A DNA stretch of 61,743 nt, the filler included, from Nemertoderma westbladi (lineage: Eukaryota; Animalia; Xenacoelomorpha), in the NCBI GenBank assembly GCA_032718475.1. It is 3 parts of 3 records of this genome, joined end to end, with 100 filler letters (N's around TTAATTAATTAA, not from the genome) between each part and the next. Parts side by side here need not be neighbours in the genome. Positions count along the whole stretch, not along the records: positions 21,807 to 48,323 come from JAUCBJ010005930.1; 2 more parts are not named here. One strand, written 5' to 3'. Shown here one piece after another: positions 26,161 to 37,171 of this stretch. Each line of letters opens with the position of its first letter. Position 1 is the first letter of the stretch. A program made the position numbers and the translations under genes. The notes under the pieces are model-generated. The model worked only from the letters and a program-made list of their open reading frames with translations, did not search any database and was not told the DNA's origin.

Positions 26161-27882
26161 GGTATTAGTATTGCCTGTGACCCCACTTTTTGATGAAAAA
26201 AACTAGCTAGTAATTTATGATATACTAGCTACATATGTTGGTATTATGTTTGCCCCACTCAAGTTCTACATTCTGGAACATTTTTCTTGTGTTGCTATGG
26301 TAACCAAGTGTTGTAAATAATGATTTATTGAAGGTTAATCGAATATGTTATTTAATGAATATAACAATGTAAATTGATTAGTTTTTTGTTTTTAAACTGA
26401 ATTAAACAGATTTCTATAATTCGCTATTGTTTATTAGTGTTATCAGTTTGCTGAATGGGGCCTCCCTGTTGTAATTTCGCCACCAAAATTCAGCGAGATG
26501 ATTCTGTAACAGGTTCTTATTGGTTCCTCTCTTGTTCCTCATCAAGCCTAGCTTGGCATGTCCCCACATCCCTTCTATCCGCTGGGTATGAGCGCCATTT
26601 ACAGGGTTCACGAATCTTCCTTTACCCTTTGTACAGTGTTTTACACTGATGTGCGAATACATTCCACTCCCGTCTTTGCAACTCCAAGGGAATCTTTTAT
26701 TAGTGATTCCAACCCTCCTTCCGCAGTACGCCCCCCACTCATCAGATACTATTTTTGTACCTCCTTTCACCTGACTTTCAACAATAGGACGCAATGTCTC
26801 ATGATCTCTCCTTTCCACTTCAAATAATCGTACGTCGGTCGAATTCCCTTTCTTATGAACCAACCCAAAGATCCACGGTCCTTCTACTGCCTTTCCATAA
26901 TTCCTACGTGATGAGTTCTTTACTCGATCACCCGACAACTTTCGCCCTCGATTGTATTTTCTCCTTCCCCTGAATAGAGATTCGTCTATTTGCACCTCTT
27001 CTCCTAGTCCTCCCATTGGAGGAGCTGCCATCATCTCTACCCGCATCAGCTCTCGCAAAAAGTTATGCCAATCAACCATTGTAGCGTTATTCATATAACC
27101 TACTATCCCTCCTAGGAAACAGTGCGTCGCAGACATTGTCAATTTCATGATGAAGCAATACATCAAGTAAAATATCTGCTTGATAAGAAGATTCATACTA
27201 GCTGAAAACCATGTCCCCTCCCTACATAAACTTTGATGCCTTTTAGGGCCTGTACAACGCCACTCTAATCGTGAATATCCATACCGTAGCCTTCGGGTCA
27301 CTTTTGCAGGAAACCCGCAATTCTCTACTTTACAAACTGATATTGCATCATTAGAAGGTAACATCCCTTGTCGTTGAGCGTAATTAATAGCATCATCCTC
27401 CGTTTTTAAATATGAAACCAATTCCTCTATATTTGGATCGTGGCAGTTTGGCCTCCTATAATCGTGCCTGATGGCGTCATCTTTCCTATCCATGACCAGA
27501 CAACACAGTTAATAGCTATTAAACTTGAAATATTTTTTGTTCAAAATGCAGTATTATAGATATAGCTATGAAAAACACAGTAACATTTGACGTCGTTGTT
27601 ATTGAAGGTTTGACTGAATATAATGTTCCAGAAACTCATAACTATGGTTTTTACACGCAAAATTAAGCAATTTTATTGTACATAACTTTTCAAAACTAAC
27701 ATTCTTAAAACGCCTTTTTTCTCCAAAATGGTAACCATGGCAACTGTCAAATAACATTCTGGAACATCGCAATAGATCGTTCTATCTAGTTAGTTTTTTT
27801 CAGTTTAGTTAGACTCTATCTAAATAGACTATCTAGTTAGTTTTTTTCATCAAAAAGTGGGGTCACAGGCCATACTAATACC
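26161..27882 (-). mobile_element. Merlin (IS1016/IS1595-like) DNA transposon with ~45-bp TIRs
   Basis: GGTATTAGTATTGCCTGTGACCCCACTTTTTGATGAAAAAAACTA at 26161 and its reverse complement (1 mismatch) ending at 27882. Flanks ACCGTG / TCCGTG form an imperfect short TSD. Confidence 0.9.
26414..27493 (-). CDS. ISXO2/Merlin DDE transposase, 359 aa, uninterrupted
   Basis: N-terminal zinc ribbon (C..C ... WRC...H); GEEVQIDESLF, KYNRGR, WIFGL, IVSDEWGAY, H.SVKH, HTQRIEGMW and HLAEFWWR. Confidence 0.92.
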   Translation of the reverse strand: MDRKDDAIRHDYRRPNCHDPNIEELVSYLKTEDDAINYAQRQGMLPSNDAISVCKVENCGFPAKVTRRLRYGYSRLEWRCTGPKRHQSLCREGTWFSASMNLLIKQIFYLMYCFIMKLTMSATHCFLGGIVGYMNNATMVDWHNFLRELMRVEMMAAPPMGGLGEEVQIDESLFRGRRKYNRGRKLSGDRVKNSSRRNYGKAVEGPWIFGLVHKKGNSTDVRLFEVERRDHETLRPIVESQVKGGTKIVSDEWGAYCGRRVGITNKRFPWSCKDGSGMYSHISVKHCTKGKGRFVNPVNGAHTQRIEGMWGHAKLGLMRNKRGTNKNLLQNHLAEFWWRNYNREAPFSKLITLINNSEL

Positions 27883-29790
27883 TCCGTGCATCTTCGGCGA
27901 GCCCGCTGAAACCACTTGTGCTATCGCTGATGTTCCGATGCTAACGACCCCTACCTTAGAACCATTACGTGTAGATGGTGGATTAGTTCCCCTTTCTCGC
28001 ACTCGAGCCGACCTAATTCGAGAAAGGGTCCACGGAAAAAAAATGTAGCGTGTCGTCCTTTAAATTATGCCTTCTACGGAATCAAAGACCATCCTCGGTT
28101 TGTGATGCTCAAACAACACTACGTCATACAACCAGAACACTCTGGATGGGACATGCGATTCTTACCATTGGTGAACCCCTTAGACCTCATAGAACTGGAG
28201 GCTTTGCATCAAAATTTGGATTATTTGGTGAAATTAAACTCATTTAAAAAACCTTATAATATAGTAACAATAGAAGCCAGTTCACCTCCACCCTTTAATT
28301 TGGAGACATTTATGGATTACCGTCGCCTCGTACACTGGAATTTAGATATAACTTTCGTGGAAGATGATTTGAAATATATCGAACCAAATGCAAATACTAA
28401 TGAGATGCCTAGCCATGAATCCATAAGAATAGCACGTGGAGAACCCGGTTCATTGGATACTCTATGAAAACCAGTAGAACTGACCACCGAAGTAGCTAAG
28501 GCTAAATGGTTACATACAGTTAATGCTATTATTGCTATTCGTAGTTACGGCATTATGATTTACGACAATGAAGGCTTAGTGCCAGACCATGAGCTCGGTT
28601 CAACTCAGTTGATTCATATCCGCGGCCTCACTGGAGCCATGCACATTTTTATGCGTACTTGTTGTGGTACCAACAGCGTTTTCCCAGCCTTGACCACCTA
28701 TCAACGCCGTGCGAGACATCAACAGTTTGTTAAAGCGGAGGCTTACGTTAACGATATGAATCGACACCCGGCCATGGGAATAGACGCAGCTTTATTGCTG
28801 CAACCTGTATTGGACATTCTCTTAGATGAATCAATTTATAAACTCGGTTCAGCCATATATCGGGATTTGACAGACGATTTCCCGATCGTCCACGACATAC
28901 CCTATCCCTTTGTCGACACCCAAGTCATCCTTCCTTGGGCACAATCCCGCGGCTTCTTCCGGGCCATGTATCAACGTAACGCTAACGATACATATAGCAG
29001 AGTTGACCGTACGTCCTCTGGCCATATCGCGTTTCAAGAGTATGGTTGGAACTTCAAAGAGACTGATCGCGAGATGTATTCCAAGGTCTATGGTGATTCA
29101 TATTCGCCTTATTACTTTCAAGGACCACTCACCACCCCTGGTGCTGTATATCGCTTCATGAGCATCCTTTTGCGCCCCTCGTTAGCGATATACCTCATAA
29201 TATTCAGAGACGTATGTATTTCCAATCTCCATCAATCAGTGATCGAGAGACCCATTATCAAACCTGGTTTATTGGTTGGACAAATACAGACTGACGTTAT
29301 GGACGTCCCCAACCAAGCAGAGGAACCAATCCACCTAGAAGCGACCGCAGTAGCCACTACTGTCGTGCTCACCCCCGACAACGAGTCTGCCTTGATTGAC
29401 TGGTATTGCGGGACCGTGCGGCTCACAATTCCAGGTTTTCGTTATACGTTATTTCGCAAACATGTCCGTTGTGCGCATTGTGGTCTTCGCACACATAAGG
29501 CTCCCACCCAACCTGGAGTTCTTTGTGAGCGTCTCACCGATAGTCGTATCAAACTTCATTGTCCCTACTGCCGTATTAACGACAATCACATCTTCTTCTC
29601 CTGTTTGGTCTTTGCCACCCAGTGCGAGTGTTGCCAACTTAAGAGACACAGTAGTCCAAACTGCCCCTTTGGCCCCGACATCGAGGTAGAAGATGAAACA
29701 AGCGTCACAAGATATATCCGATCGTGGAAAGGATGCGCAGATCTCAACGCGATTACCACATCCCGATACGCTGAAAAGTTCGCACAATAA
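27883..29790 (+). CDS. Probable C-terminal part of ORF-X copy 1, including 411-aa ORF 28555-29790 with three CCHC-type zinc fingers
   Basis: ORFs 28102-28467 and 28555-29790 are in the same frame. Motifs CAHC-x4-H-x9-C, CPYC-x5-H-x4-C and CECC-x4-H-x4-C. Continuity with 24686-26160 is inferred from removing the Merlin insertion. Confidence 0.6.
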
Positions 29791-30762
29791 TTTAAATACA
29801 ATTATTAAAAGTTTGACATCCGAATAAAATAAGATTACGCCTTAGCAGCCCACGACTTGTTGAGTCTCACTCAACGTGTTGGCGGGCCTATTTTACACAA
29901 GCAGTGATACCTTTACAATATGGTAATTCCAGATGTTTGAGTTACAGCCAGTAGTGTGTTCTTTGCATATTTAACATTAGCCTATGGGGAGTATTGTTGT
30001 TGTAAGATAAGTCAGGGGAAGGGGAGGTTGATTGACAGACACTTCTAAGCTTTGATATTTAGCCGCTCTAGGTAGACTTACATTAGGCAAATTCCAAGTG
30101 ATTTCCTAAAGGTTATTTATTTCCTATTAGGTTCCTATTAGGATCCAATAGGACGTTATTTGAAAGCGTTACTGTATCATAATTTTTATGAAAATTTAAT
30201 ATTTAGTTTAGTAAACTTTATTATTTAGCTCTAATAGGTTTTTAAAGACGCTAAATCGAATGCGATTATATTCCATTCCCAAAATTCAACGGTATACTAT
30301 TTTTCGGGCATCTAAGAAGAATTCAAATTTAGAAATATTCAAGAATCTGAAAATACGCCCAAGTTTCAATATCAACACATTTTTATAGATGTTCTGGGTC
30401 GCTGAATCGAATGTGAGATTACTCTAAAACCAGAATTCATAGACGTACCTCATTTTTAGCGCACTAAGATTATGACACGTGGCACCTCAAATTTCGAAAA
30501 TTAAGAAAATATGTCCCAGGTTTTTAGTACAAGATACAAATGAAGATAAAAATGTTTTTTTAGTGTTTTTTCCAAATCTCATAAATTTTAAAATGTGCCA
30601 CGCCTAAATCTGTTGTGCCCAAAAATGAAGTACCACTAGATGCTTTAGAGTACTCTCATTCGAATCAGCGACACAGAAAATCTATAAAAATGCGTTGAAA
30701 TAATAGGGGCAATTCTACCCCCCCCCCCCCCCAGGCCCCAGTACTACAGTAATAGGGTTAAT

Positions 30763-31616
30763 TCTACTACTACTAGTATCGGCATGCTGCATTGCAGCTG
30801 CATTTTTAAGAATGCTGTGCCGGCTTGTCGACAAAATTGCGCCGCCACAACTCCCTATCACCCATGACATTTGCTAGATCATCCGCATCTTCAAGGCCAG
30901 TGTCCTTTAAGATGCGTCTCAAGAAAGTCATGGGCTGTCCTCCATGCTTATTCACTCCATGAGGCTGCCAAAGTACAAGATTATGCACTGGCTGGTCCTC
31001 ACGGCGAAAGCAATGTCCTGCAAAGCGGAGGCGATTTTGTTCTAGTGTCAAGCTTGGGGGAACCAATGAGACACCTCCAATGTTATATAGTGTCTGGTTG
31101 GAGATGTGTGCATTGTACTTGACACAATGAACCCGGCGTAGCATTCTTGTGAATGTGCCATCCAGAGATTTGGTATCCTCAGCAGTTAGAGCCCAGCATG
31201 GACTCCCATAGAGGAGTACTGGAACTACTGTTGCTCTAAATAATCGGACCTTAAGTTTCTGAGAGTACTCCTAAGTCATCAGCAAAGTCTAGATCAGTTA
31301 GGTACTTGGCAGGATTTCCTCGACTTCTGGAGCCAGTTGGTGGAGTTATCATCACCCCATCATCATTATGATGATCTAAGGACATGCGTAGAACATAGTC
31401 AACCACAATTATGAACAAGAATGGTGCAAGTGTGTCTCCCTGGAGGACGCCCCATAACACTTCAAATGGTTCTGTGTCACCATCAACAGTAGACACAAAT
31501 GTTTTCGAACCATCGTATACTGATCTGATTGCTGCAATAATTTCATCAGGAAATTATTGCAGCTATCAGATCAGTATACGATGGTTCGACAACATTTGTC
31601 ATTTGACATTACAACA
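30763..31616 (-). mobile_element. Second, shorter copy of RTE-like LINE family A with internal deletion, 5' fold-back and 15-bp TSD
   Basis: Near-identical to 7180-8265 but lacks ~300 bp (7677-7974 equivalent). TSD AGTAATAGGGTTAAT at 30748-30762 and 31617-31631. Confidence 0.93.
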
Positions 31617-31896
31617 AGTAATAGGGTTAATACACATACATCAATACTGTTTAATACGCCTATTTATATGCGTATGTAGGTATGTATATGTAGGCCTACA
31701 GTAGGATAGGATAAGCTTCTATTTAATCTTATTCTTTAGTTTACTATAATATTTTCTGATAAAGTGACATAAAATCAATGCTTATTTTTGTGGTGTTTCA
31801 ATTAATAAACGTCTCAGTTATTGTATGCCTACATTAATTCAATAAAATAATGATGCCTACAGTATTATACAGTACATAGATTGATGATAGATTAAT

Positions 31897-32160
31897 GAAT
31901 GGGAGAATCTTTTAGACTCGTTAAGCCAAGGAATGCCTGTTCACCACAATGGGTGATCTTCCACAGTAAACCATTCCACTCTGATTCCCAAGTTGCCTTG
32001 GTTCCCATTTATCGACCACTGAAGGATGAAAGCCGGGGTTGGGCTAGGCTGCAGCATTTAAAGCACTGTGCCCAAACAGTGCTGCCCCATCTAGGGATCG
32101 AACCAGGGCTCCCTAATCGGAAGTACAGTAATGTCACCACTAACTAGACCAAGCTGCTGC
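31897..32160 (-). mobile_element. tRNA-derived SINE with a Nin/Deu-like central core
   Basis: Minus strand has A box TGGTCTAGTTAGTGG, B box GGTTCGATCCC and core GCTTTCATCCTTCAGTGGTCGATAAATGGGAACC. TSD TGATGAT(A/G)GATTAAT at 31882-31896 and 32161-32175. Confidence 0.8.
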
Positions 32161-32664
32161 TGATGATGGATTAATAAATACTGTGTTACAAATGCAAATT
32201 TGTTCAATCTTTATTTCTGTTTATTCTAATATCAAATCTATCAAAATTTTCGATTTTAAATTATCCCGGTTCGTATTGTGTGTTGTTATTTGCAATCCCT
32301 TAATTAACTGTCTTACCATTTTATCAAAATTATCCGGGGCATGCGGAATATCCCGGTAACCACGTTACTGGGATACCCCAACTATTCCTACCGTGGGACC
32401 CACAGTGTAGTTTGTAATTTATTGTTTAGCTAGTCCTAGTGCTACTGTAGTACCAGAGTACAGTAGTACTGGCACTAAGACACACCCTGATATAACCCAA
32501 TCATAAACTCTCCAATAAGATGACAGGTGCCCTTCACCCCTGCCCAACAGCCCAACCCATTTGGTTGTTTAGTAGGGCTTGGTGTAAGTGAACGTAACTC
32601 TACCTTTATTCCCCAGCCTATTTGGTGGATATATTGAGTGTTAGAAGCGAAGGGTAACGCAGTA

Positions 32665-34135
32665 ATGTTGGCGTTAAGTAGAACTATTAAACGCCCTATT
32701 AATGTTAAAGTTCAGTCAGTAATCTCGAGAAATACAGTTGGGAATTATTTCCGCTCGTTCTTACTTCAACGTCTTACCCGTAGCAACCGCTTATACGCAA
32801 CTAATAACGACTCTAGAATGAAGATAGCCATTATTGGACAGAGTCAATTCGGTGCCGATGTGTACAAGAGTCTTCAGAGTAAAGGCCACCACATAGTGGG
32901 GGTGTTTACCGTACCGGACAGTAAATCCGGACGCCCGGACGTGTTGGCCAGTGTGGCGGAATGCGACGGGACTCCCGTCTATAAGTTCCCGCGATGGCGG
33001 CTAAAGGGAGCCAGTTTACCGGAGGTTGTAGACGCCTATCTTTCGGTGGGAGCCGAGCTCAATGTGCTCCCTTTCTGCTCACAATTTATCCCTATGGAGG
33101 TGATTGACTCGCCTCGATTGGGATCAATAATCTACCACCCTTCGCTCCTCCCTAGACACCGAGGTGCCTCTTCTATTAACTGGACTCTGATTTGCGGTGA
33201 CTCCACCGCAGGACTCTCTGTGTTCTGGGCGGACGCGGGTTTGGATACCGGCCCGTTGCTGCTGCAGAAGGAATGCGATGTCTACCCGAACGACACGGTG
33301 GACTCGCTGTACAACCGGTTTCTCTACCCTGCTGGTGTCGAGGCCGTCGGCGAGGCTGTCGGACTGATCGAGTCGGGAGCGGCGCCCCGTACTCCGCAAC
33401 CGGAGGAGGGAGCCACTTACGAACCCATACTGAAACCCGCTCTCGCTCGCGTTGACTTTACTAAATCCGCTGAGGAGATCCACAACTTTATCCGCGGGTG
33501 CGACAAGGTCCCGGGTGCGTGGGCGTTGATTGATGGGGAGCGCGTCGCGTTGTTCGGCTCGCGACTCCGGCGTAGCGACGCCGTTCTTCGGAGACTCCGC
33601 GAGGTCGAGGTCGACGGGATGACTCGTTCCGGGGTCGTCCACCCCGGCGGACTATTGCTGTACGGGACGGACGGCCGGCCGGTCGACGTCCGGACGCTCC
33701 GAATCGAGGAGTCCGGTCGGACGATCCGTGCCGCCGATTTCGGGTCCGACACCGGGTCCGACCGACTCGAACTCACCGAGGAGGAGTTGGGATTCTCGGA
33801 GGCTGTCGCCTCCGTCTGGGCCGCCATCCTCAACCTCCCGCGCGACTCGGTGCGGCCCGACACGGATTTCTTCGCCTCCGGGGCCGGCAGTATGGACGTG
33901 GTTCGTCTTGTCGAAGAGATTAAGGTCCTCTGCGGGGTCTCCTTCGCCAACGAGGACGTCTACATGGCCTCGGGGTTTGAGGAACTCATACAACGACTCG
34001 CACGGAAAAACCGCGGAATGCTCGACGCGCCAACCGAACTCGATTACGATGCCGTCGAACTCAGCGCGAATAATATGGAACTCCGGTTCCCACGGCAACT
34101 GTTTATAAACAACGAGTTCGTGGACAGTGAGACAG
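32665..34135 (+). CDS. ALDH1L: 10-formyltetrahydrofolate dehydrogenase, exon 1 (putative transit peptide, formyl-hydrolase domain, acyl-carrier domain)
   Basis: MKIAIIGQSQFG, PFCSQFIP, YHPSLLPRHRGASSINW, DAGLDTG and the phosphopantetheine site FFASGAGSMDVVRL. Donor ACAG|GTGAGT at 34135/34136 (phase 1). Confidence 0.95.
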
Positions 34136-34625
34136 GTGAGTTCGTGAGTTGAGTGCACATACCGGTCCGATACCTGTTTATTTAGGTTAAGTTATGGGAA
34201 AAACTGAAACTAAATTCGGGCGACTCACGACTTATTCAATTTCTGAATAAGGCTATATGACTTTACATAGTTTTTAGTATTTTTCAATTTTTCGCAACTT
34301 TCGCAATAACGGTAGGTAGGTCTGTAGGTAGGCCCTCTGTTTTAACCAGTAATATACCGCTAATTAATTCATATTGCCAAATAATTTCAGTGCTGTATTG
34401 CTTTCAGTTTCCATTTAGTTTTGAAACTTTAGGGAAACTGAATTCCAATAGGCCTGCTGAACTTTTTGAATATTAATAATTCGGTGGAATTGGTTAACAC
34501 TTTACTTACCGGTATCATTGAGTGATTCAATTGGTTAACAAGTAACACATTAAACCATCGCCAAATTAAACTCCTATGTTTCCATCTCGCATCTACGTAG
34601 ATAATTAATTATTGAATTTGTTCAG
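34136..34625 (+). other. Single 490-bp GT-AG intron of ALDH1L
   Basis: GTGAGT...TTTGTTCAG, AT-rich. Splicing gives in-frame [22 protein letters not shown]. Confidence 0.92.
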
Positions 34626-36028
34626 GTAAAACGTTTAACACGGTGAACCCGGCTACGGAGGAGGTTATCTGCGAGGTATCGAGTGCGCAACCGGTGGACG
34701 TTGAGGCGGCGGTAGCGGCGGCTAAATCCGCCTTCATCGAGGGTCCCTGGCGCAGTATGAACGCCCGGGAACGCGCCGCAATCATATACAAACTCGCCGA
34801 CCTCATGGAAGAACACAAAGAGGAACTCGCCACTCTCGAGGCTTTAGATTCCGGGGCGGTTTATACGTTGGCGATTAAAACCCACGTGGGTATGTCTATC
34901 GACACGTTCCGTTACTTCGCGGGTTGGTGCGATAAGATCCACGGCCAGACGATCCCGATCAACCACGCGCGACCCAACCGGAACCTCTGCTACACCCGGA
35001 AGGAACCATTCGGTGTCTGCGGGATCGTGGTCCCCTGGAACTACCCGCTGATGATGCTCGCCTGGAAGGCCGCCGCTTGTCTCGCCGCCGGGAACACGCT
35101 GGTACTCAAACCCGCCAACGCCACGCCTCTAACGGCGCTAAAGTTCGCCGAGCTGGCCTTCCTAGCCGGATTCCCGCCCGGCGTCGTCAACATCCTCCCC
35201 GGGAGCGGCGCGATCGTCGGAAACGCGATCCTGGCCCATCCGGACGTCCGGAAGGTCGGATTCACTGGATCCACCGAGGTCGGCAAGACGGTGATGAAGA
35301 ACGCGGCGGTCTCCAACCTGAAGAAGGTCTCCCTGGAGCTCGGAGGGAAGAGTCCCTTAATAATATTCGCTGATTGCGATTTAAAGCGCGCCGTCCGACA
35401 CGGATTGTCGTCGGTTTTCTTCAATAAAGGCGAGAACTGCATCGCGGCGGGTCGGTTGTTCGTGGAGGATTCCATCCACGACGAGTTCGTCTCGATGTGC
35501 GTCTCCGAGGTGGCCAAGATGGCGGTGGGGGACCCCCTGGACCGGTCCACGGACCACGGACCCCAGAACCACGAGGCCCACTTCCGCTCGTTGCTCGCGT
35601 TCGTGGCGCGCGGGATCGAGGAGGGGGCGACCTTGGTCTGCGGTGGGCGACGCGTCGACCGGCCCGGGTACTTCATCGAACCCGCGATATTCACCGACGT
35701 AGAGGACCACATGTTTATTGCGAAGGAGGAATCCTTCGGACCCATTATGATCGTCTCGCGGTTTCCCGAAGGAGACGTCGACGGCGTGTTGGCGCGCGCC
35801 AACGCTTCCGAATTCGGTCTGGCTTCCGGGGTGTTTACTCGGGATATCAGTAAAGCGATGTCGGTAGCCGACCGGATAGAGGCCGGGACGTGTTTCGTTA
35901 ACTGTTACAATAAAACGGATGTCGCTGCCCCTTTCGGCGGCTTCAAACAGTCTGGCTTCGGGAAGGATCTGGGGGAAGAGGCGCTGCACGAATATCTAAC
36001 GGTTAAATCTGTTACTATCGAGTATTAA
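34626..36028 (+). CDS. ALDH1L: 10-formyltetrahydrofolate dehydrogenase, exon 2 (aldehyde dehydrogenase domain); spliced product 957 aa from ATG 32665
   Basis: [34 protein letters not shown] (catalytic Cys), [21 protein letters not shown] and the terminal VTIEY. Confidence 0.96.
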
Positions 36029-37027
36029 TAGCAGCAGCTAGTGCACACCGGAAGTACGATGTAATCATCATTCGTTATTGTTCGGTTATTGTTAATTTAT
36101 GTTGGGCGAGTCAATTAGCGATGGCGAATTAGCGAATTGTGTGGGTGGGTGGGGGGGTGGTTGGTTGGGTGGGGGGGGGGGGGGGGGGGGGGGGGGGGGT
36201 AAGGAAACCAATAATAATTGGTTCTGCCTCACATCCGGACATTTGGAGTGCCGCTCTGGTATGATTCCCAACCCATGGCATTGTTTTTGTGTTGGGTACT
36301 CCTAATTTATTCTTTTATTTAATTAAATTATCAATTATTCATTCCATTACGTCTCACTCAGGGTTAGTATTTCAGGTATCAGACCAGTTTCGGGCGCCAT
36401 AAAAAGGAATCTATATTGATTTTAAATATTACATTTTACCAGATAAACAAAAAAAAACGACAGTTACAAATAACATAAGAAACACATTTTATCAACATGG
36501 TTCACGATTCTTGGGCTGCCCTCGCAAGATCAACTTTCGTTACGCAACTTCGATTAGCTACAATTTCTAAAAAATGCAGATAAAACGAAATTGTAACAAT
36601 TGCTGCTCGTGAAAGAGTACCTGTTACATGTTGTGAAACAAGTTGGTGGAACAAAGGTTGCATCGTTAGAGGCTGATATTTATTTAATTAACTATTTTTA
36701 TTTCAGCGTATTTATTTAATTTGGTGACAGTATTGTTTATTATTTCTTTATCTAACTCGCAGTATATTTTACAGCAATATACCTACTGTTACAAACAATA
36801 AACGAGCAGCAATAATATACCAACATGTTTGTTGTATCTATAATATGGGACCATTACTTATGGTGCTATAATTAGTGTATTGTTGATGCCTTATATTATT
36901 ATAATATTAATTTGGTAAATTTAGTTAGTGTTTGGCTGGGCATTCAGAATATTATTATTTTAGTGAGTTAAACATATTTATTTTGTTAAATTTATTGGTT
37001 TGAAAATAAAACAGCTACTGAATCTGG

Positions 37028-37171
37028 AAAAATGTATATTTATATTATGTGTTCGCGCTTTCAGACCTTTAGCAGTTTAACCTGCCAAATTTGGGTGTCT
37101 TCTAGATTATAAATCGACTTTAGCCTATGACGAGTATTTGATACACTACATTAGCCGAAGCCAGTCTATGC
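37028..37171. repeat. Dispersed repeat; a diverged inverted copy lies at 48424-48557
   Basis: gacctt(t/c)agcagtttaacctgcc and cattagccgaagccagtc(t/c)atgc are shared in reverse orientation. Confidence 0.75.

Larger units (their letters stand above)
22988..30757. mobile_element. piggyBac-like ends (TTAA|CCCTATTA ... TAATAGGG|TTAA) enclosing ORF-X and a Merlin element
   Basis: TTAA 22984-22987 is followed by CCCTATTA and CCT(G)n. The mirror end has (C)nAGG...TAATAGGG at 30750-30757 then TTAA 30758-30761. GAATCAGCG motifs occur in both arms. The ends match imperfectly beyond 8 bp. Confidence 0.55.

Noticed and set aside
26414-27493. Bacterial IS1595 insertion sequence
   Set aside because: The KYNRGR/HTQ.IE motifs and the context fit eukaryotic Merlin elements.
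32060-32160. tRNA gene
   Set aside because: A and B boxes are present but followed by a SINE core and flanked by a TSD; no clean cloverleaf was seen.
33124-35989. Antisense and alternative-frame ORFs over ALDH1L
   Set aside because: They are shadow ORFs expected from GC-rich codon usage, with no recognisable motifs.
32665-36028. ALDH1L as bacterial contamination or recent horizontal transfer
   Set aside because: It has a canonical spliceosomal intron, animal-type hydrolase-ACP-ALDH architecture and a transit-peptide-like leader.
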